64,000 bases of DNA from Truepera sp. (lineage in GTDB: Bacteria > Deinococcota > Deinococci > Deinococcales > Trueperaceae): the NCBI GenBank assembly GCA_965218435.1, contig CBDCKW010000005.1, positions 416,001 to 480,000 of the forward strand. The letters are read 5' to 3'. Within the stretch, counting starts at the first letter, position 1. Each line of letters opens with the position of its first letter. The notes under the pieces were generated by a model. It worked only from the letters and a program-made list of their open reading frames with translations. It was not told where the DNA came from and did no database searches. Below are positions 22,217-33,344 of this stretch, piece by piece. A program made the position numbers and the translations under genes.

Positions 22217-23374
22217 TTACGCTACTGCTCCCGGAAGAGCGTCGATGTCGATGTTAAGCCCGGCCGCCCGAAGCCGTACCACCAGAGCCTCGCCTATCCC
22301 GATGCTTGGCGTTAGTACGCCGAATTCGTCCGGTAGCGCCGCGTCGTTGGAGACGAGCGTCAGGGCACACTCGCACGCGCACAGGATGGTGATGCGGTTG
22401 CCTGGGTCGCCTACGCCGCGCACCCGCACACCCAGCCGCTGTCCATCCGCCGACGTGCCAATCACATGGAGATCGTAGCTAGCGCGATCAGAGCTTCCCC
22501 CCGGCTTTTCGCTGAGACGGGACAGCCGGCCGAGCAGTGCCCGCGTCGGACGCCATCGCAACGCTGCCCGAAGACTTCCGAGCGCAGCCCACGTCGTCGC
22601 GGCGCGTGCGGCATCGTCGAAGGCAAGATACTCTTGGAATACGGTGTCGCGCCCGGCCAGCACTGCGCTCCAGCGCACCGCCCGGGTATCGGATACGCCG
22701 AGCGGAGAGAACACGGTCCAAGCGTCCATGTCACGGTCGTAGCGGACGCCGCGCGGATCGCGCTCTACCGGTTCTGGCGATCTGTTATTGGGACCGAGCA
22801 AGAAGGGATTGGTCTCGCGCTTGGCGTCTCCCGAAGTGACAGCCTCGCCGATGCTTGCGATAGTGCCCGAGCCGAAGCTTCCGCCCTGCAGGCGCAGTGC
22901 CGCTTTGATTGTCGACCGACCCGCGCCAAGCTTGGCCAAGAGCAGGTAGACGGCCATATCGGCTGGTACGGAACTCGCGCCGCAGAACGGCACGATGCGC
23001 AGCCGCTGCTCCGCTGCTTGCCGGTGGTGGCGGTCAATCAGGTCGCGGATGCGGGCCGTCTCGCCGCTAATATCGCAATAATGGGTACCCTGACGTATAC
23101 ATCCATCGACCACCGGATCACCATATCGTCGAAACGGCCCAGCCATGTTGAGGACGAAACGGGTCCGTGCAACTAGTTCGTCAATCTGCCTCGCGTCCTG
23201 CGAGTCCGCGACGAGTGCAGGCACCTTCAGGCCTAATGCGTCCAACCGCGATTGGTTACGCCCTGCTACTGCCCAGCGCAGTCCGTTTAGCTTGCAGCCG
23301 TCAAGGTACTTGGCCGCCTGCCTGCCGGTAGCGCCCGTCGCGCCGTAGAGGACAAGATCGAATTCTCTGCTCAT
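22217..23374 (-). CDS. Saccharopine dehydrogenase-like / trans-acting enoyl reductase
   Basis: LYGATGATG, AGPFRRYG, YCDISGE, GVLTP. Confidence 0.9.
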   Translation of the reverse strand: MSREFDLVLYGATGATGRQAAKYLDGCKLNGLRWAVAGRNQSRLDALGLKVPALVADSQDARQIDELVARTRFVLNMAGPFRRYGDPVVDGCIRQGTHYCDISGETARIRDLIDRHHRQAAEQRLRIVPFCGASSVPADMAVYLLLAKLGAGRSTIKAALRLQGGSFGSGTIASIGEAVTSGDAKRETNPFLLGPNNRSPEPVERDPRGVRYDRDMDAWTVFSPLGVSDTRAVRWSAVLAGRDTVFQEYLAFDDAARAATTWAALGSLRAALRWRPTRALLGRLSRLSEKPGGSSDRASYDLHVIGTSADGQRLGVRVRGVGDPGNRITILCACECALTLVSNDAALPDEFGVLTPSIGIGEALVVRLRAAGLNIDIDALPGAVA

Positions 23375-23723
23375 GCTGGCGTCCTATCCGGCGCATTTAA
23401 GCGGCACCGCTCTCTTATCCACTTCGCCTAATCCGACGGAACGACGGAAATGTAGTAGTGGTCCGCAGCATAACCGTTTAGGATGGTTGTGCCTCCGTTT
23501 AGTCATTACCGCCGCAGCGTATACCAGCATTATACAAATGAACGGCACCCTTCCTTGTCTGAACCCTGTCGGAAGTTGCGAGTTTCAATTCCTCATAGGA
23601 AAGCTAAGGCAATAACATACTTGAGACACCTAACCTAGAGAAATTCCCTCCCTCATGAGTCGTTGTAGCGCGCCGTGGGTGTCAAGCAAGCGGTTTAATT
23701 CGGGCGTTAGACGCCAAGGAGAC

Positions 23724-24179
23724 ATGATGACGGTCAAGCGTATGGACAACGTCGGTATCGTGGTAGAGGACATCGACGCCGTCAGCGAGTTCTTCACCGA
23801 GCTCGGCCTCGAGCTCGAGGGGCGAGACATGGTCGAAGGAGAATGGGCTAGGCGCGTCACTGGACTGAGCCCACAGCGCGTCGAGATCGCCATGATGCGT
23901 ACGCCGGACGGTCACAGCCGGCTCGAGCTGTCCCGCTTCCTCGCGCCGCCGGTGGTCGCCGATCACCGCAGTGCCCCGGTGAACGCTCTTGGTTACCTAT
24001 GGGTCATGTTCACCGTAGAGGATATCGACGATACGCTCGCCCGGCTTGGTAAGCGGGGCGCGGAGCTCGTCGGCGAAGTGGTCCAGTACGGAGACGTGTA
24101 TCGGCTCTGCTACATCCGGGGTCCCGAAGGGATTCTCATCGGGCTCGCTCAAGAACTCGGGCAGCAGACTTCCCAATGA
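23724..24179 (+). CDS. VOC/glyoxalase family protein
   Basis: RMDNVGIVVED, LCYIRGPEG. Confidence 0.9.
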   Translation: MMTVKRMDNVGIVVEDIDAVSEFFTELGLELEGRDMVEGEWARRVTGLSPQRVEIAMMRTPDGHSRLELSRFLAPPVVADHRSAPVNALGYLWVMFTVEDIDDTLARLGKRGAELVGEVVQYGDVYRLCYIRGPEGILIGLAQELGQQTSQ

Positions 24180-24244
24180 GTACATGCGACACGTACTGAC
24201 CTGGTAGGGGTGCGCACTCGCGGTGGCTAGTTGCCGTTTGGGGC

Positions 24245-24312
24245 GTCTAAAAAACCGCTCAGGCCCTCCTCCAGCCTTCAGCCTCCGGGGCGGCTTAGCT
24301 CAACCGTTATGC
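24245..24312 (+). other. attC-like integron cassette site
   Basis: GTCTAAA...CGCTCAGG...CGGCTTAGCTCAACC-GTTATGC; GGCGTCTAA complements TTAGACGCC at the cassette start (23707). Confidence 0.6.
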
Positions 24313-24359
24313 GTGAAACGAGCGCAACGACGGCAACGCATCCACCTCCCACCTTTTTT

Positions 24360-24791
24360 CTAATGCGTTTCATCGCCTCTTGCATTTGCGAGCGCCAGCC
24401 CCAACTGCAACCCCGGTACCCGCTCGAAGTGGCGGATGTTTCCGGTTACTAAAATAAGCCCGTAGTGTAGTGCAGTCGCCGCAATCTGCAAATCGGCATC
24501 GGCCAAGCGCCGACCTTCTTTTTCTAAGCGGGCACTAAGCTCACCAAAAACGTGAGCGACGTTCGTATCGAATGGCAAAATGGACACAGCAGGTAACACG
24601 CGCTCACGAATGTTTTTAAGATGCCGCTCACGCGCCTGTGAGCGGTAGGCACCTTTGAAAAGTTCGCCTAGCGATATTGCACTCGTGAACTGGTTTTCAC
24701 GTGTGATAGTACTCAGCCATTCGATGTACGCTGGCGCAGGCTGAGGTCGTAAAACTTCTGAGATAGCGTCGGTGTCGAACAGGTAAGCCAT
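24360..24791 (-). CDS. vapC: VapC PIN-domain toxin
   Basis: YLFDTDAIS, DLQIAATA, LVTGNIRHF. Confidence 0.92.
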   Translation of the reverse strand: MAYLFDTDAISEVLRPQPAPAYIEWLSTITRENQFTSAISLGELFKGAYRSQARERHLKNIRERVLPAVSILPFDTNVAHVFGELSARLEKEGRRLADADLQIAATALHYGLILVTGNIRHFERVPGLQLGLALANARGDETH

Positions 24792-25069
24792 TATTCGAGA
24801 TCAAGAAGGGCGCGTCCATAGGTGCGTGTGTGCAACTGGGTGTTGCGTACCAGTTCCTCAGAACTTTCCCAACCTCCAGCAAGTCCAGCTAAGCCAGCAT
24901 TAGCACCTGCTGCACGTAACCGCTTAAGTTGCTCGAGATCCTCATTGCTTACGAGTGCGGCGACGGGCTTGCCGCGGCGCGTGATCACGACGGCTTCACC
25001 GTATTCAGCGTGACGTAGCCAGCTAGAAAGCTGCTTTTTAGCCTCTGCGACCGTGACCTCTTTACTCAT
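24791..25069 (-). CDS. Phd/YefM antitoxin
   Basis: VTVAEAKKQLS, VITRRGKPVA; TAATG overlap with the toxin. Confidence 0.9.
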   Translation of the reverse strand: MSKEVTVAEAKKQLSSWLRHAEYGEAVVITRRGKPVAALVSNEDLEQLKRLRAAGANAGLAGLAGGWESSEELVRNTQLHTRTYGRALLDLE

Positions 25070-25254
25070 GACACGTCCTCCTAGATAGTCATTATAGTCT
25101 AAATAACTATCTGAGAACGGGTCTCGAGCATGATAGCTTGGCTGGCACTTATGCGTGCATTGGGCCGTACAAATACGCAAAGAAATTTTCTTAATGGTAA
25201 AGGTGACGACAGTAAGCCCTATTGATCCAAACTGCCTGATCGTATGACCCACGA

Positions 25255-27100
25255 GTGAGCACCTTACGTCGTAGTGAAACCTCGCCACCTGTAGGCCGAC
25301 CCTTCTTCATGCTGCTGGCCTTCGGCACCTTCGGCCTGATGTACGGCGTCTGGCAGGTGTTACTCGCCGACCTCCGGGTCGCCTGCGAGCTTTCGCCCGG
25401 GGCTTTAGGGGCGGCGCTCACCGACGGTTTCGTCGGGTCGCTCCCGGCGATGCTCCTCGCGGGCCGTTTGGCCGACCGTTTCGGGGCGCAGACCCTGATC
25501 GCCGTCACCGGCTTGGCGATGGCCGGGGCTACTAAGTACACCCAACCTAAAGAAGTAGGCTAAAGGCGAATAATAAAGAATGGCAAAGCGAGGACGAAGG
25601 TTTATCGAGTTGAGCCAAGCAGAGAACGAGAAGTTAAGAGCCTTGGAGCAGAACGCGCATATAAATGCCAAGGTGCGTCTGCGCGCCCAGATTCTGAGAC
25701 TATCAAATCAGAGAATGAGCCTGGAGCAGATTTCAGAGCATGTAGCGAGGAACTACGAAACCTTGAGAAGGACGTTTAACCGCTGGGAAAAAGAAGGTTA
25801 CGCAGGTTTAGCCGATCACTACGAAGCACACGGACAAAAGCCTGTAATCACCGACGCCATCACAAGCTTTATGGAGACGAAGTTGGTAGAACAGAGAACT
25901 TGGACGTGTGAGCAACTTTCAGCGGCTATCGCTGAAGGCTACGGCGTCAAGGTAGGCGCTGAAGGCATCTGCAAACGACTTAAAGCTATGGGCTACAGCT
26001 GGAAAAAGGGACGCTTCGTCCCTGCCAAGCGTCCTGGCGAGGACGACCTCAAGCACCATAAAGCAGCATTGGACACGTTAAAAAAGGGGCGCTGGAGCAA
26101 AGATTGAAACTGCTTTATCTCGATCAGGTAGGTTTTAGCTTAGCCCTTAAGCCGATCAAAACCTGGACGCCTAAAGGTTCAGAGATTCAGTTCGAGATTC
26201 CTTCACGGCAGGGCTCGGTAGGTCGGCTCAATCTCATCGGGGCGCTGGACTTCGCCGCTAACAAGCTCGGTTACCGTGATCTGGCAGGGAGCTGTGACGC
26301 AGAGAAGTGTGAGGCGTTTCTCGACAGCCTCGCGCAGCAAGCCAATCCCGGAGGTTTAACGGTCGTTGTTTTAGATAACGCTCGCTTCCACAAAGCTCAA
26401 AACATCAAGGCCAAAGAATCTCTCTGGCAAGCCAAAGGCTTATTCCTTCGTTACCTTCCCCCTTACTCCCCGCAACTCAATCCTATCGAAGCACTGTGGC
26501 GTGTTCTCAAGAGCTTTCTCCTACCTAGACGCTTATATGCTTCCCTTAAAGACCTCAAGGATGCCGTCTTCGCCGCGCTTTCTCTCTTGAATGCTGTTAT
26601 CCTATGGTTTTAGGTTGGGTGTACTTAGTTGGCGTCGCCCTGACGGGCAGCTACGGCCTCCTCGTGCTCCTGCTGATCTTCTACGGAGCGGCGCCTACGA
26701 CGTGGGCATCAACGCTGCCTCGATCGCCCTCGAGCAGCGGTCGGGGCGTAAGCTCATCGCCTACTGCCACGCCGCCTTCAGCAGGTTCGTTGCCCTAGGT
26801 GCGTTGGTCACGGGTCTGCTCCTAGTGGCGGGTGTGCCCTTGAAGCTGCTTTACGTCGTCGCGGCGCTTGTTTACGTCGGCTTCATCGCCGCGATGTTGA
26901 CGACCAGGGCGCTACCGCATGAGGCAGACACCGAAGGTCACGCTGCTCCTGCTGGCGGTTATCGTCGCGCTGGCGTTCATCTTGGAGAGTGCTTTAGAGG
27001 TTTCCCCAACGCAACTCGGCAGGGGCACGAGGCGCACCTTAGAGGCCACGTATCGTGGCCATTCGGGGAACCACCCGGCACTCGGCACCGCCGGGTGACT
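25255..27100 (+). pseudogene. MFS transporter interrupted by IS630 and frameshifted
   Basis: GRLADRFG motif; transmembrane segments on both sides of the IS. Confidence 0.8.
25535..26625 (+). mobile_element. IS630-family element, apparently intact (OrfA 25580-26107, OrfB 26104-26613)
   Basis: IR AGTACACCCAACCTAAA, TA duplication, A-run/GGGG slippery site, DNARFH, PYSPQLNPIE. Confidence 0.93.
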
Positions 27101-27101
27101 A

Positions 27102-27825
27102 GAAGTCATCTCAAAAACAGCAGGTAGGGCAAACCGGGTATAGAACGGGCGGATGGAACTGACCGATCAGCAGTGGACGGTGCTTGGGCCTTTGATTCCG
27201 CAAGCACCGCGGCGAGAAGACGGTAGAGGTGTCATAGGCGCTTTCAAGAATGAGCTAGCGGCGGGGTCCTAAAAGACGTGCTCAAGACGTTAGCCCAAGA
27301 CATGGAGGCACGCGGCGAACTCGACCTCTCGGAGTGCTTTATCGACGGGACGTTTGTGACCGCGAAAACGGGGGGTCGGACGTCGGTAAGACTAAGCGGG
27401 GCAAGGGTAGCAAGATCATGGCAATTGCAGACGCTGCTGGTGTTTGCCTCGCCCTCCACCTTACGTCTGCTTCGCCGCATGAGGTCACGCTGGTACACGA
27501 GACTCTCGCATCTCGACACGTCAGCGGCAAGCCCGCAAAACTTATCGGCGACAAAGCGTATGACAGCGACCCGTTAGACGCCGAGTTGGCTGAACAAGAC
27601 ATCGACATGATCGCCCCACACCGCGCAAACTGCAAAAAACCCAAGACCCAAGACGGTCGAAGACTTAGACGGTACAAACGGCGTTGGAAGATCGAACGAC
27701 TGTTCGCCCACCTCGGCAACTTCCGCCGCTTGGTCGTCCGCTACGAACGCCTCGCCGACAACTTCCTCGGTTTCCTCCGGCTCGGCTGCATCAAATTCCT
27801 GCTTAAGCATTTTTGAGATGGCTTC
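27102..27825 (+). mobile_element. IS5-family element with internal deletion
   Basis: IR GAAG(T/C)[27 protein letters not shown]. Confidence 0.88.
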
Positions 27826-27949
27826 GAAGTAAGTTACCTTCCCTGTGCCACGAGCCTGAACACATCTACCTTGTCCGGTCGGTTTTCTTGACGCAGGTTA
27901 GTGCCCTGGGCGCTAGGTCTAGTGACCCTAAGGCACTTGACAAACCGAA

Positions 27950-28110
27950 ACTGCTCATGGAGACCGGGCTTTGCCCGTTCTGAACCGAGCACACCCGCTA
28001 CTATGAGCCTGCCAACTTCGCCGTTGATCTCCTTGCGGGCCTCGTCGCCTACACCCTTTCAGCTAAGAAGCTGGCTTTTCATCCACCTGCCGATCTACCT
28101 CGGCTTCCAC
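27950..28110 (+). pseudogene. IS982-like transposase C-terminal remnant
   Basis: EHTRYYEPANFAVDLLAGLVAY. Confidence 0.5.
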
Positions 28111-28195
28111 AGCCGATTTACGCTTCGAACTCAGGTAGGTCTAGGTCCACCCTTCGATTCGGCATCGTATGCTCGGTAAGCGGATGAGGAGGCGT

Positions 28196-29116
28196 ATGCT
28201 CGAGATTGATCAGATACCACTAGGGACGCTCGTACGCGACCTTGTGCAAACCGTCACCGATCCCGTAAGCCAGGTTCCGCGGATCGTAGTGAAGGGTAAG
28301 AGGCAGGGTCCGGTGTTGCTCGTCACGGCCGGAGTTCACGGCGCTGAATACGCGTCCATCGAAGCCGCCAATCGCCTTGCCCAGATCGACCCCCTGATCT
28401 TGTCAGGGACGTTGGTGGTGCTACCGGTCGTGAACCAACCAAGTTTCGCCGCGCGCTCGATTTACCTCAACCCGCTCGACGGGAAAAACCTCAACCGTGT
28501 GTTTCCCGGGTTGGTTGATGGGACCTTTGCCGACCAACTAGCTTACTGGTTGACGCATACCCTAATCGCCCACGCTGACGCCTATATCGACCTGCACGGC
28601 GGCGACCTGAACGAGGTGCTGACGCCCTTCGTAATCTACGCGCCGGGTGATTCGCAGGCCGAGCGGTACGCCCACGCCTTCGGCCTACCGAACGTCATCG
28701 CCTCGGCCATCGGCGGTAGTTCTTACGCCGCGGGTACCGCGTTGGGCGTACCTTCTATCGTCGCCGAAGCCGGGGGACAAGGGCAATTCCTTGAGAATGA
28801 CGTCTCGGTTTTGGTGGATGGCGTCCAGCGGGTTATGCAGGTGCTGGGAATGCTGCCCGGTGAAGAAGTACCAGTCCAGACGACGACCTACTCGGCGTTC
28901 GTTTGGCTGCGTTCGCGCCATGCCGGCTTTTGGTACCTGGAAGTCGATCCGGGTGACACGGTGGTAGTCGGCCAGCGTCTAGGTTTCATCAAGGACTTCC
29001 GCGGCGAGGTTGTTCAAGAAGCCACCTCCGAAGTGGCCGGAAAGGTTGTTTTCGCGGTTACGAGTCTGGCGATCAATACAGACGATCCTTTGGTGGCGGT
29101 CGGCTGCCGAACCTAG
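28196..29116 (+). CDS. Succinylglutamate desuccinylase/aspartoacylase (M14) family
   Basis: AGVHGAE, NLNRVFPG, IDLHGG, EAGG. Confidence 0.9.
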   Translation: MLEIDQIPLGTLVRDLVQTVTDPVSQVPRIVVKGKRQGPVLLVTAGVHGAEYASIEAANRLAQIDPLILSGTLVVLPVVNQPSFAARSIYLNPLDGKNLNRVFPGLVDGTFADQLAYWLTHTLIAHADAYIDLHGGDLNEVLTPFVIYAPGDSQAERYAHAFGLPNVIASAIGGSSYAAGTALGVPSIVAEAGGQGQFLENDVSVLVDGVQRVMQVLGMLPGEEVPVQTTTYSAFVWLRSRHAGFWYLEVDPGDTVVVGQRLGFIKDFRGEVVQEATSEVAGKVVFAVTSLAINTDDPLVAVGCRT

Positions 29117-29472
29117 GCGGGGTCACGCAGAAACCGCTACCGAGCAGAGCTAACGTGGCTGAGCTTTAAGTCGGCGGCTGAACCTTGACGCCTCACCCTG
29201 AAGGCGGTTCGCGGGCACCACTTTGTGTATCTCGTGCAATATCATCTGTCGGCGTAGGCGGGTTTGAATCAGTGAACGGGCGCTGGGCTGTGAGTTCTAA
29301 CGAACATACACTGAAGTGTTGCCGCAGCGGTCAGCCTGCCTCATCTCCCCCAGCAGGCTGTTCAGGCGGTCTTCTGCGCTGAGGGTCTGACCGGTGGTGG
29401 GGTTTGCCGTGACCGCCGCGAAACTGTCGATGACGATCTGCCCGTGTTTACTCCCGACAAGTGACGACAGAG

Positions 29473-30375
29473 TCAGTGGCTGACGGACATTTTGAGGAGC
29501 GCCGCATTAGTCCGGACCCAGCTCTCGAGCGTGGTCTGCTCGATAGGCAGCACTTTCAGCACCGGCTGCATATTCACCACATTGGCATCCATGGGCGCGG
29601 CCTCTCCAGCCCGTGCGCCCGCCGTAAAGGCCGCTTCGGCCTCCGGCCCCATCATGCTGCCCATGATCTTGCCGAAGGCCTCAGGGCTGACCGTCTCGAA
29701 CCGGACGGCGCGGCCCAGGCCAGCGGAAAAGCTGCGGGCGATGTCGGCCCCTGTGAGCGCCTCTGGCCCCCCCACGTCGTACGCCTGACCGGTCAGCTCC
29801 GGGTGCCCAAGCGCAGCCACGGCCAGGCGGCCCAGGTCTTCAGCAGCGATCCAAGAGGTAGGGCGGGCCTCACCTACCGGGAAGGCGATCACGTCTTCTC
29901 GCTGCAGGCGCTGAACGATCCACGGGGCCAGGAAGTTCTCCATATATGAGGTGGGCCGCAAGATGACGTTAGGCACCCCGCTCTCCCGCAGGGTGCGCTC
30001 GACGTGAATTCTAAAATCCATCATCGGCGCGCCGGTCTCTTCCTTGGGCGTCAGGCCGCTGGTGTTGAAGACCAGCAGCTTGACACCGTTGTCTCGAGCC
30101 GCCTGAATAGCATTCTGGGCGTACTCCAGCGGGTTTCCTCCGGCTGTAGACGGCAGCATCAGGAACACCTTATCTACGCCCTGGGTGGCCTGCTGCACGC
30201 TCTCCGGGTCGGCCAAATCGCCCTGGACCAGCTCAGCGCCCGCCCGCTTCAAAGCCTGATTCTTCTCGAGTTTTTTGACCAGTGCCCGGACCCGGTAGCC
30301 CTGCTGGAGAAGGTTTTGCGCGACGGGTGCGCCCTGCGCACCGCCTGCACCATAGGTTAAAACAAGTTCACTCAT
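29473..30375 (-). CDS. NmrA family NAD(P)-binding protein
   Basis: YGAGGAQG, RPTSYMEN. Confidence 0.9.
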   Translation of the reverse strand: MSELVLTYGAGGAQGAPVAQNLLQQGYRVRALVKKLEKNQALKRAGAELVQGDLADPESVQQATQGVDKVFLMLPSTAGGNPLEYAQNAIQAARDNGVKLLVFNTSGLTPKEETGAPMMDFRIHVERTLRESGVPNVILRPTSYMENFLAPWIVQRLQREDVIAFPVGEARPTSWIAAEDLGRLAVAALGHPELTGQAYDVGGPEALTGADIARSFSAGLGRAVRFETVSPEAFGKIMGSMMGPEAEAAFTAGARAGEAAPMDANVVNMQPVLKVLPIEQTTLESWVRTNAALLKMSVSH

Positions 30376-30499
30376 TATAAACTCCCTAAAACTTTAAGAC
30401 TTTTGCGTCAGCTCCCCGTAAGAAGGGGACTGAATGTGGGAAACGGTTGGGACCATTGGACACTCGGCCTGTTTAGTGCACTGCTGTTGGTGGGCTGCT

Positions 30500-31588
30500 T
30501 TAGTTCACCGCACCCAAAGCCGGATAGTCGGTGTAGCCCTGAGGACCCTCGCCGTACATGGTGGCTTGGTCAGGCGTGTTTAGCGGGGCGTCCTCACGGT
30601 AACGCTCAACTAGATCGGGGTTGGCGAGGAACGGCACGCCGAACGACACCAGGTCGGCGGTGCCCGCTGCTAGGACGGCGTTGCCCTTAGCTTTGTCGAA
30701 GCCGCCATTGGCGATCAGGGGCACGGAGATGAGGGGGCGGAAGGCTTCGGCGACGTGTTCGACTTGAACGGTGTTGGTCTGGACGTCACCCGCGTTCGGC
30801 TCCATCAGGTGTAAGTACCCCACATGCATGGCACCAAGCTGGGTGATGATGTGCCCGAAGGTGCCCTGCGCGTCACGGTCGAACATGCCGTGGTGGCGGT
30901 TGGAGGGGGATAACTTGACGCCGACCCGCTCGGGTCCCCAGACGCCGATCATGGCCTCGAGTACTTCCAACAGAAAACGGGCGCGGTTCTGCACCGAGCC
31001 GCCGTAACGGTCGGTGCGCGTGTTGCTGCCGTCTTGCAGGAACTGGTCGGGCAGGTAGCCGAAGGCCCCATGCAGCTCCACACCGTCGAAGCCAGCGTCC
31101 TTGGCGTGCTGGGCGGCTCGGCCAAAGTCCTCGACGATGCCGGGAATTTCAGCCGTTTCCAGCGCACGCGGTACCGGGTACGCGGCGGGGCCGCTGGGCA
31201 GGTAGAACTGGCCCGACGCGGCGATGGCCGAGGGTGCCACCGGCAGCTCGCCGCCTCGGATGTCCGGGTGGGATACCCGGCCACTGTGCCAGAGCTGGTT
31301 GTAGATGCGCCCGCCCGCAGCGTGAACGGCGTCCGTGATCATGCGCCAGCCGTCCACCTGGTCTTGGCGGTGCAGGCCGGGCGCGCGGATGATGCCGTGA
31401 CCCTGGTCGGAGACCTGGGTACACTCGGTGACGATCAGCCCGGCAGACGCCCGCTGCACGTAGTAGTCGCGCATCAGTTCGGTGGGCACGCCGTCTTCGG
31501 TGGCGCGGGTGCGGGTCATGGGGGCCATCACCAGGCGGTTGGGTAGGTATAGGCCGTGCAGGTCAAAAGGATCGAACAGGGTGTTCAT
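30500..31588 (-). CDS. Alkene reductase (old yellow enzyme, NemA-like)
   Basis: MAPMTRTR, QLWHSGR, FLANPDL, GYTDYP. Confidence 0.93.
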   Translation of the reverse strand: MNTLFDPFDLHGLYLPNRLVMAPMTRTRATEDGVPTELMRDYYVQRASAGLIVTECTQVSDQGHGIIRAPGLHRQDQVDGWRMITDAVHAAGGRIYNQLWHSGRVSHPDIRGGELPVAPSAIAASGQFYLPSGPAAYPVPRALETAEIPGIVEDFGRAAQHAKDAGFDGVELHGAFGYLPDQFLQDGSNTRTDRYGGSVQNRARFLLEVLEAMIGVWGPERVGVKLSPSNRHHGMFDRDAQGTFGHIITQLGAMHVGYLHLMEPNAGDVQTNTVQVEHVAEAFRPLISVPLIANGGFDKAKGNAVLAAGTADLVSFGVPFLANPDLVERYREDAPLNTPDQATMYGEGPQGYTDYPALGAVN

Positions 31589-31706
31589 GCGTACTCCTGT
31601 CAAGGGGTCAAGATAGCGTCAGGCTTGGTTTTCCGAGCGTCCTGCCGAGCGGGCTTGAGGCGAGTGGGTCTGGGAGTGGTGCCGAGGGGTAGAAGGGGTG
31701 TAGGCC

Positions 31707-32603
31707 CTACTTGAAGAAGCGGCTCAACCGCTCCGACACCCAGGCGGGATTGTCCTCGGCGTAGGTATGGCCGCTGTTCGGGACCACATCGGCCTCGACC
31801 TGGGCCGCGACCTGCTGCGCCCCAGCGAGCGGCTGCGTGGGCGGCAGGCCCCGGTCGCCGTTCAGGACCAGCACAGGCATGGTCAGCTTGCTCTTGAAGC
31901 GAGCGCGGTTTTCCTGGCCGTCGTCCAGCAGTGTCTCGTAATGCCGGAACCCGGCCCGCATCCCGCCAGCGGCGAGGTAATGCGGCAGATAGATGTTTTT
32001 CGCCGACTCCGCCGCTTCTGCTGAGGCCGACATCATGGTCATGGTGGGCAGCAGGTAAGCTGCCTCCTTGCCTTCGGTCAACATCGTGGCGACATCGACC
32101 TGCATATGGAAGCCGAAATGCCAGTACCCGCCGGTCGCCGGGTTCATCAGTTCCTCCAAGCCGAAGCCAGGGAGCACCGATTCGGACAGCACCAGCCGTC
32201 GCACTTCGTCCGGGTACGACGCGGCGTAAGCGTACGCGACCATCGTGCCGATGTCGGTGCCTACCAGGTTGATTTCCCGATGACCCAGGTGAAGTGCAAG
32301 TTCGTGAATGTCCTTCGCGACGTTGGCTTTCGAGTAACCGGACGCCGCTTTAGCGGAGTCGCCCAGGCCGCGCAGGTCGGGGGCAATCACCGTGTAGCCC
32401 GCTTCGGCCAGCAGCGGCATCAGTTTGCGCCACAACGCCCAGGTGTACGGCCACCCGTGCAGCAGCACCACCGCGGGTCCGCTGCCGCCGGCGACGTAAT
32501 GCAGGCGCGTGCCGTTGACCCCGGCGTAGCCGTGTTCGAAGCCGGGCATGCCGGGAACAGGGCCGGCGGACGGAAGCAGTCCACCGAAATGCACTTCTGC
32601 CAT
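31707..32603 (-). CDS. Alpha/beta hydrolase (epoxide hydrolase-like)
   Basis: LLHGWP, PDLRGLG, GTDIG. Confidence 0.9.
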   Translation of the reverse strand: MAEVHFGGLLPSAGPVPGMPGFEHGYAGVNGTRLHYVAGGSGPAVVLLHGWPYTWALWRKLMPLLAEAGYTVIAPDLRGLGDSAKAASGYSKANVAKDIHELALHLGHREINLVGTDIGTMVAYAYAASYPDEVRRLVLSESVLPGFGLEELMNPATGGYWHFGFHMQVDVATMLTEGKEAAYLLPTMTMMSASAEAAESAKNIYLPHYLAAGGMRAGFRHYETLLDDGQENRARFKSKLTMPVLVLNGDRGLPPTQPLAGAQQVAAQVEADVVPNSGHTYAEDNPAWVSERLSRFFK

Positions 32604-32927
32604 CTCAGTTCACCGCCTGCGCGGTTTGGAAACTAATAACGCTTCCGTCTTCACGTTGTTCGGTACGGGGGGCAAGATCGGGGCTCATGGCGTCTCCTTA
32701 ACGGGTGTGGGTTTGGGGTTCACGAAACGCTAGAACGTCCGCGTGTCTCGCAAAGACAGCTGGGTGAATCTTGGTGACCTGATCAAAAGCCAACCGCGGT
32801 GCCGGGGGTGGGTGCTGCACTGCCGGGGCGAAAGGGTGAAGGCGAATGTCGTTCACTGCTTCGTCCCATCTAGCATAGACCTTTCACTTCCTTGTGGGAA
32901 GTACGTACCTTAAGGTAAGCTGCTGAC

Positions 32928-33344
32928 ATGACCGAAACCACCATGCTCGAATCTAAGCAGACCGTCTTTGCGTCCGACACCTTCGACCGCGATTGTCCAG
33001 GCCGGGCCATCATGGATCAGATCAGCAACCGCTGGGCGGTCCTGATCCTGGCCGCACTGGCTGGCGGACCATACCGCTTCTCCGCCCTGCACGGCAAAGT
33101 GAGTGGAATCAGCCAGAAGATGCTGTCGCAGAACCTCAAGGCGCTGGTGCGCCTTGGGTTGGTGGAACGCTGGGTTGAGCCCACCGTACCGCCACAGGTC
33201 ACCTATACGCTCAGCGACCTGGGCCGCGATTTCACCGGGCCACTCTCGGCCCTGATGCAGTGGATCAGCGTCAACACCCATGAGTTACTAGCAGCTCAGT
33301 CCCGCCACGACACTGGATTAAAGCAGGCAGGAGTACGCCAGTAG
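32928..33344 (+). CDS. HxlR family winged-helix regulator
   Basis: CPGR, GISQKMLSQNLK, PTVPPQVTYTL. Confidence 0.92.
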   Translation: MTETTMLESKQTVFASDTFDRDCPGRAIMDQISNRWAVLILAALAGGPYRFSALHGKVSGISQKMLSQNLKALVRLGLVERWVEPTVPPQVTYTLSDLGRDFTGPLSALMQWISVNTHELLAAQSRHDTGLKQAGVRQ

